This document shows positions 61,677 through 64,000 of a DNA stretch of 64,000 nucleotides, one piece after another. A program made the position numbers and the translations under genes. The stretch's first letter is position 1. Each line of letters opens with the position of its first letter. The stretch comes from Eubacteriales bacterium (GTDB taxonomy: Bacteria; Bacillota; Clostridia; Oscillospirales; CAG-272), in NCBI GenBank assembly GCA_045588245.1, contig JAZNDW010000001.1, forward strand, positions 204,338 through 268,337, in the 5' to 3' direction. The notes beneath the pieces are model-generated. The model had not been told where the DNA came from. It worked only from the letters and a program-made list of their open reading frames with translations, and made no database searches.

Positions 61677-61746
61677 ATGTGCCGAAATTATCGTCGGAAG
61701 TTTTGTTAAAATATAAATGATTGATATAGATTTTATTTTTGCCTTG

Positions 61747-61755
61747 TGATATAAT
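61747..61755 (+). promoter_or_regulatory. extended -10 promoter element proximal to lon
   Basis: TGaTATAAT lies about 45 nt upstream of the lon ATG. There is no good -35. Confidence 0.45.
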
Positions 61756-61800
61756 AATATAGATTACACTCGTATCCCGAAAGGAAATTCACGTAATACA

Positions 61801-64000
61801 ATGCCTAAATATACAGAAAAAGCAGAAATCATGACACTTCCCGTTATTCCCCTTCGCGGAATCGTTGCATTCCCTTCCATTCCGCTCAGCTTTGAAATAG
61901 AACGCTCGTTTTCCGTTGCCGCGTGCGAGGCCGCCGTCAGCGGCGATATGCTCGTACTCCTCGTCACACAGAAAGAGACCGCTACCGAGGATCCAGACCG
62001 CGACGACGTTTTCGACATCGGTTGCGTTGCACGCATCAAGCAGACCGTTAAGACTCCTGAGGATATTGTACGCGTTATCGCGGACGGTATGTGCCGTGCC
62101 CGCATCATGGATTGGAACGTTACCGAAGACGGCGTCATCTACGCCGACGTTATGACGAAGACCGTCAGCCTTGACGGCGACCCCGACGTAAAAATGAGAG
62201 CCGCCATGCGCGTTCTCATCTCCGCGCTTGAAGAGCGCTCAGGGCAGCACCGCCCGTCACGCGAAATGCTGATGGCGGCGCATTCCATATCCTCCCCCGG
62301 TCTGCTCGCGGATTTCATTGCGTCAAGCTCGTTTGTCCGCTGGGAGGATAAACAGCTTATCCTTGAGCAGTTCGATCCGCTTCGCAGGATCAACATAGCA
62401 ATCAAGCTTCTTGAAGACGAAAAGGAGCTTCTCGACATCGAAGCGCTCATTCAGGACCGCGTCAGAGAATCTATCGGTGCATCACAGCGCGACCATTACC
62501 TGCGCGAACAGCTCCGCGTAATCCAGGACGAGCTCGGTGACGGCGACGAGGACGATTTTTACGCTAAGATCACATCTGCCGACCTGCCCGATGAGGTGCG
62601 CAAAAAGCTACTGCGCGAATACAACCACCTGCAGCAGGTTCAGTTTGGCTCGCCCGAAAACGCTCTGCTCCGCAATTATCTTGAAACTTGCCTTTCCTTG
62701 CCCTGGACGACGGCAACGAAAGACAGAGTTGACATCAAAGCCGCAAAGCGCATCCTTGACGAAGACCACGACGGCTTACAAAAGATCAAGGACCGCATAA
62801 TCGAATATCTCGCCGTAAAACAGCTTTCGCCCGAGCTTCGCCACCAGATCATTTGTCTTGTCGGCCCTCCCGGCACGGGTAAAACGTCGATTGCCGCCTC
62901 CATCGCCCGCGCGATGAAGCGCAAATACGTCCGCGTTTCGCTCGGCGGTGTGCGTGACGAGGCTGACATCCGCGGTCACAGAAAGACCTACATCGGCGCG
63001 ATGCCGGGACGCATTATCACGGCGCTCACGCAGGTCGGCGTCAAAAATCCGCTTATGCTTTTCGATGAGATCGACAAGCTCACGCGTGATTCTCACGGTG
63101 ACCCGTCCGCAGCCCTTCTGGAAGTGCTCGACGCAGAACAGAACAAGAACTTCCGCGATCACTTCGTTGAGCTTCCGTTCGACCTTTCCGACTGTATGTT
63201 CATCTGCACGGCGAACACGCTTGACACCGTTCCGAAGCCGCTTCTTGACAGAATGGAGGTCATTGAGCTTCATTCATACACACGCGGCGAAAAGCTCTCT
63301 ATTGCCAAAAATCATCTCATTCCGAAGCAATGCCGCCGTCACGGTCTTGACCGCCGCCGCTTCCGCATCACGGACGATGCGATATATGAACTGATCGACT
63401 ATTACACCGCCGAAGCAGGCGTCCGCAATCTCGAACGCGAGATCGCCGCTCTTTGCCGCAAAGCGGCTCGGCGTATGGTATCGGACGGGATCAAATCCGT
63501 AAAGCTCTCGGCAGATGATATCAAGTCTTACCTCGGTTCACGCAAGATGATTCCCGAACGCATTTCCGAAGCTGACGAGATCGGCGTCGTAAACGGAATG
63601 GCATACACCTCCGTCGGCGGAGACTTACTGAAGATCGAAGTCAATATCATGGACGGCACCGGTAAGCTCACGTTGACGGGCTCGCTCGGCGACGTTATGA
63701 AGGAATCAGCCTCCCTCGGCATCAGCTACATAAGAGCTCATGCCGCCGAGCTGGGCGTTGATCCCGATTTTTACAAAAATAAAGACATACATATCCATGT
63801 TCCCGAAGGCGCCGTTCCGAAGGACGGTCCGTCTGCGGGCATCACGATGCTCTCCGCCATGGTGAGCGCACTTTCCCGCCGTGCCGCAAGATGCGACACG
63901 TCAATGACAGGCGAGCTTACTCTGACAGGCAGAGTTCTTGCCATTGGCGGGCTGAAGGAAAAGACCTCTGCCGCTTATGCCGCAGGCGTCAAACGTATCA
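61801..64000 (+). CDS. lon: ATP-dependent Lon protease (LonA type); 3' end beyond the window
   Basis: Translated by eye, because it is absent from the ORF track (no stop in the window). The N-terminus is MPKYTEKAEIMTLPVIPLRGIVAFPSIPLSFEIER. Walker A LVGPPGTGKTS is near 62860 and the catalytic Ser motif PKDGPSAGITM is near 63820. Confidence 0.93.
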   Translation, partial: MPKYTEKAEIMTLPVIPLRGIVAFPSIPLSFEIERSFSVAACEAAVSGDMLVLLVTQKETATEDPDRDDVFDIGCVARIKQTVKTPEDIVRVIADGMCRARIMDWNVTEDGVIYADVMTKTVSLDGDPDVKMRAAMRVLISALEERSGQHRPSREMLMAAHSISSPGLLADFIASSSFVRWEDKQLILEQFDPLRRINIAIKLLEDEKELLDIEALIQDRVRESIGASQRDHYLREQLRVIQDELGDGDEDDFYAKITSADLPDEVRKKLLREYNHLQQVQFGSPENALLRNYLETCLSLPWTTATKDRVDIKAAKRILDEDHDGLQKIKDRIIEYLAVKQLSPELRHQIICLVGPPGTGKTSIAASIARAMKRKYVRVSLGGVRDEADIRGHRKTYIGAMPGRIITALTQVGVKNPLMLFDEIDKLTRDSHGDPSAALLEVLDAEQNKNFRDHFVELPFDLSDCMFICTANTLDTVPKPLLDRMEVIELHSYTRGEKLSIAKNHLIPKQCRRHGLDRRRFRITDDAIYELIDYYTAEAGVRNLEREIAALCRKAARRMVSDGIKSVKLSADDIKSYLGSRKMIPERISEADEIGVVNGMAYTSVGGDLLKIEVNIMDGTGKLTLTGSLGDVMKESASLGISYIRAHAAELGVDPDFYKNKDIHIHVPEGAVPKDGPSAGITMLSAMVSALSRRAARCDTSMTGELTLTGRVLAIGGLKEKTSAAYAAGVKRI

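Overview
This 64-kb window looks like ordinary core chromosome of a Firmicutes/Clostridia-type bacterium. Hand-counted lines are mostly 50-58% G+C. The taxon call is an inference from gene content and synteny: glgC-glgD-glgA-glgP, trmFO, rplS-lepB-rbgA-rnhB-yraN, dprA-topA-trmFO, plsX-rnc-smc-ftsY, yhbY-nadD-yqeK-rsfS-leuS, infC-rpmI-rplT and tig-clpP-clpX. I call 51 protein-coding genes. Two run off the window edges: purL at the 5' end, and lon at the 3' end. lon is absent from the ORF track because it has no stop codon in the window. Coding density is very high, with many 4-14 nt start/stop overlaps. Nucleotides 1-30.1 kb are mostly plus-strand: purine, one-carbon and arginine genes, ligA, the lepB-to-thrC string, and tig-clpP-clpX. 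Nucleotides 30.1-61.2 kb are an unbroken run of 25 minus-strand genes. I see no rRNA, tRNA, CRISPR array, transposase, integrase, phage gene or recognisable defence system. I cannot point to a convincing novel multi-gene system. The only accessory-looking locus is an ECF-type sigma factor translationally coupled to a 945-aa single-pass surface protein (15.4-18.8 kb). That protein has a duplicated BspA-type LRR module, an unassignable C-terminal half of about 480 aa, and a sharp internal G+C drop. Secondary points worth checking are listed below.
- A structured 180-nt leader in front of ligA.
- An orphan promoter/hairpin/U-tract element between infC and lon.
- Tandem ARG boxes upstream of argG.
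- Tandem lepB paralogs sharing a 52/54-nt identical tract.
- An ApgM-like gene in the same gene string as thrC.
- The splitting of clpX from lon by the 31-kb minus-strand block.
All functional calls rest on motif and synteny recognition by eye. No database search, HMM or folding program was run.
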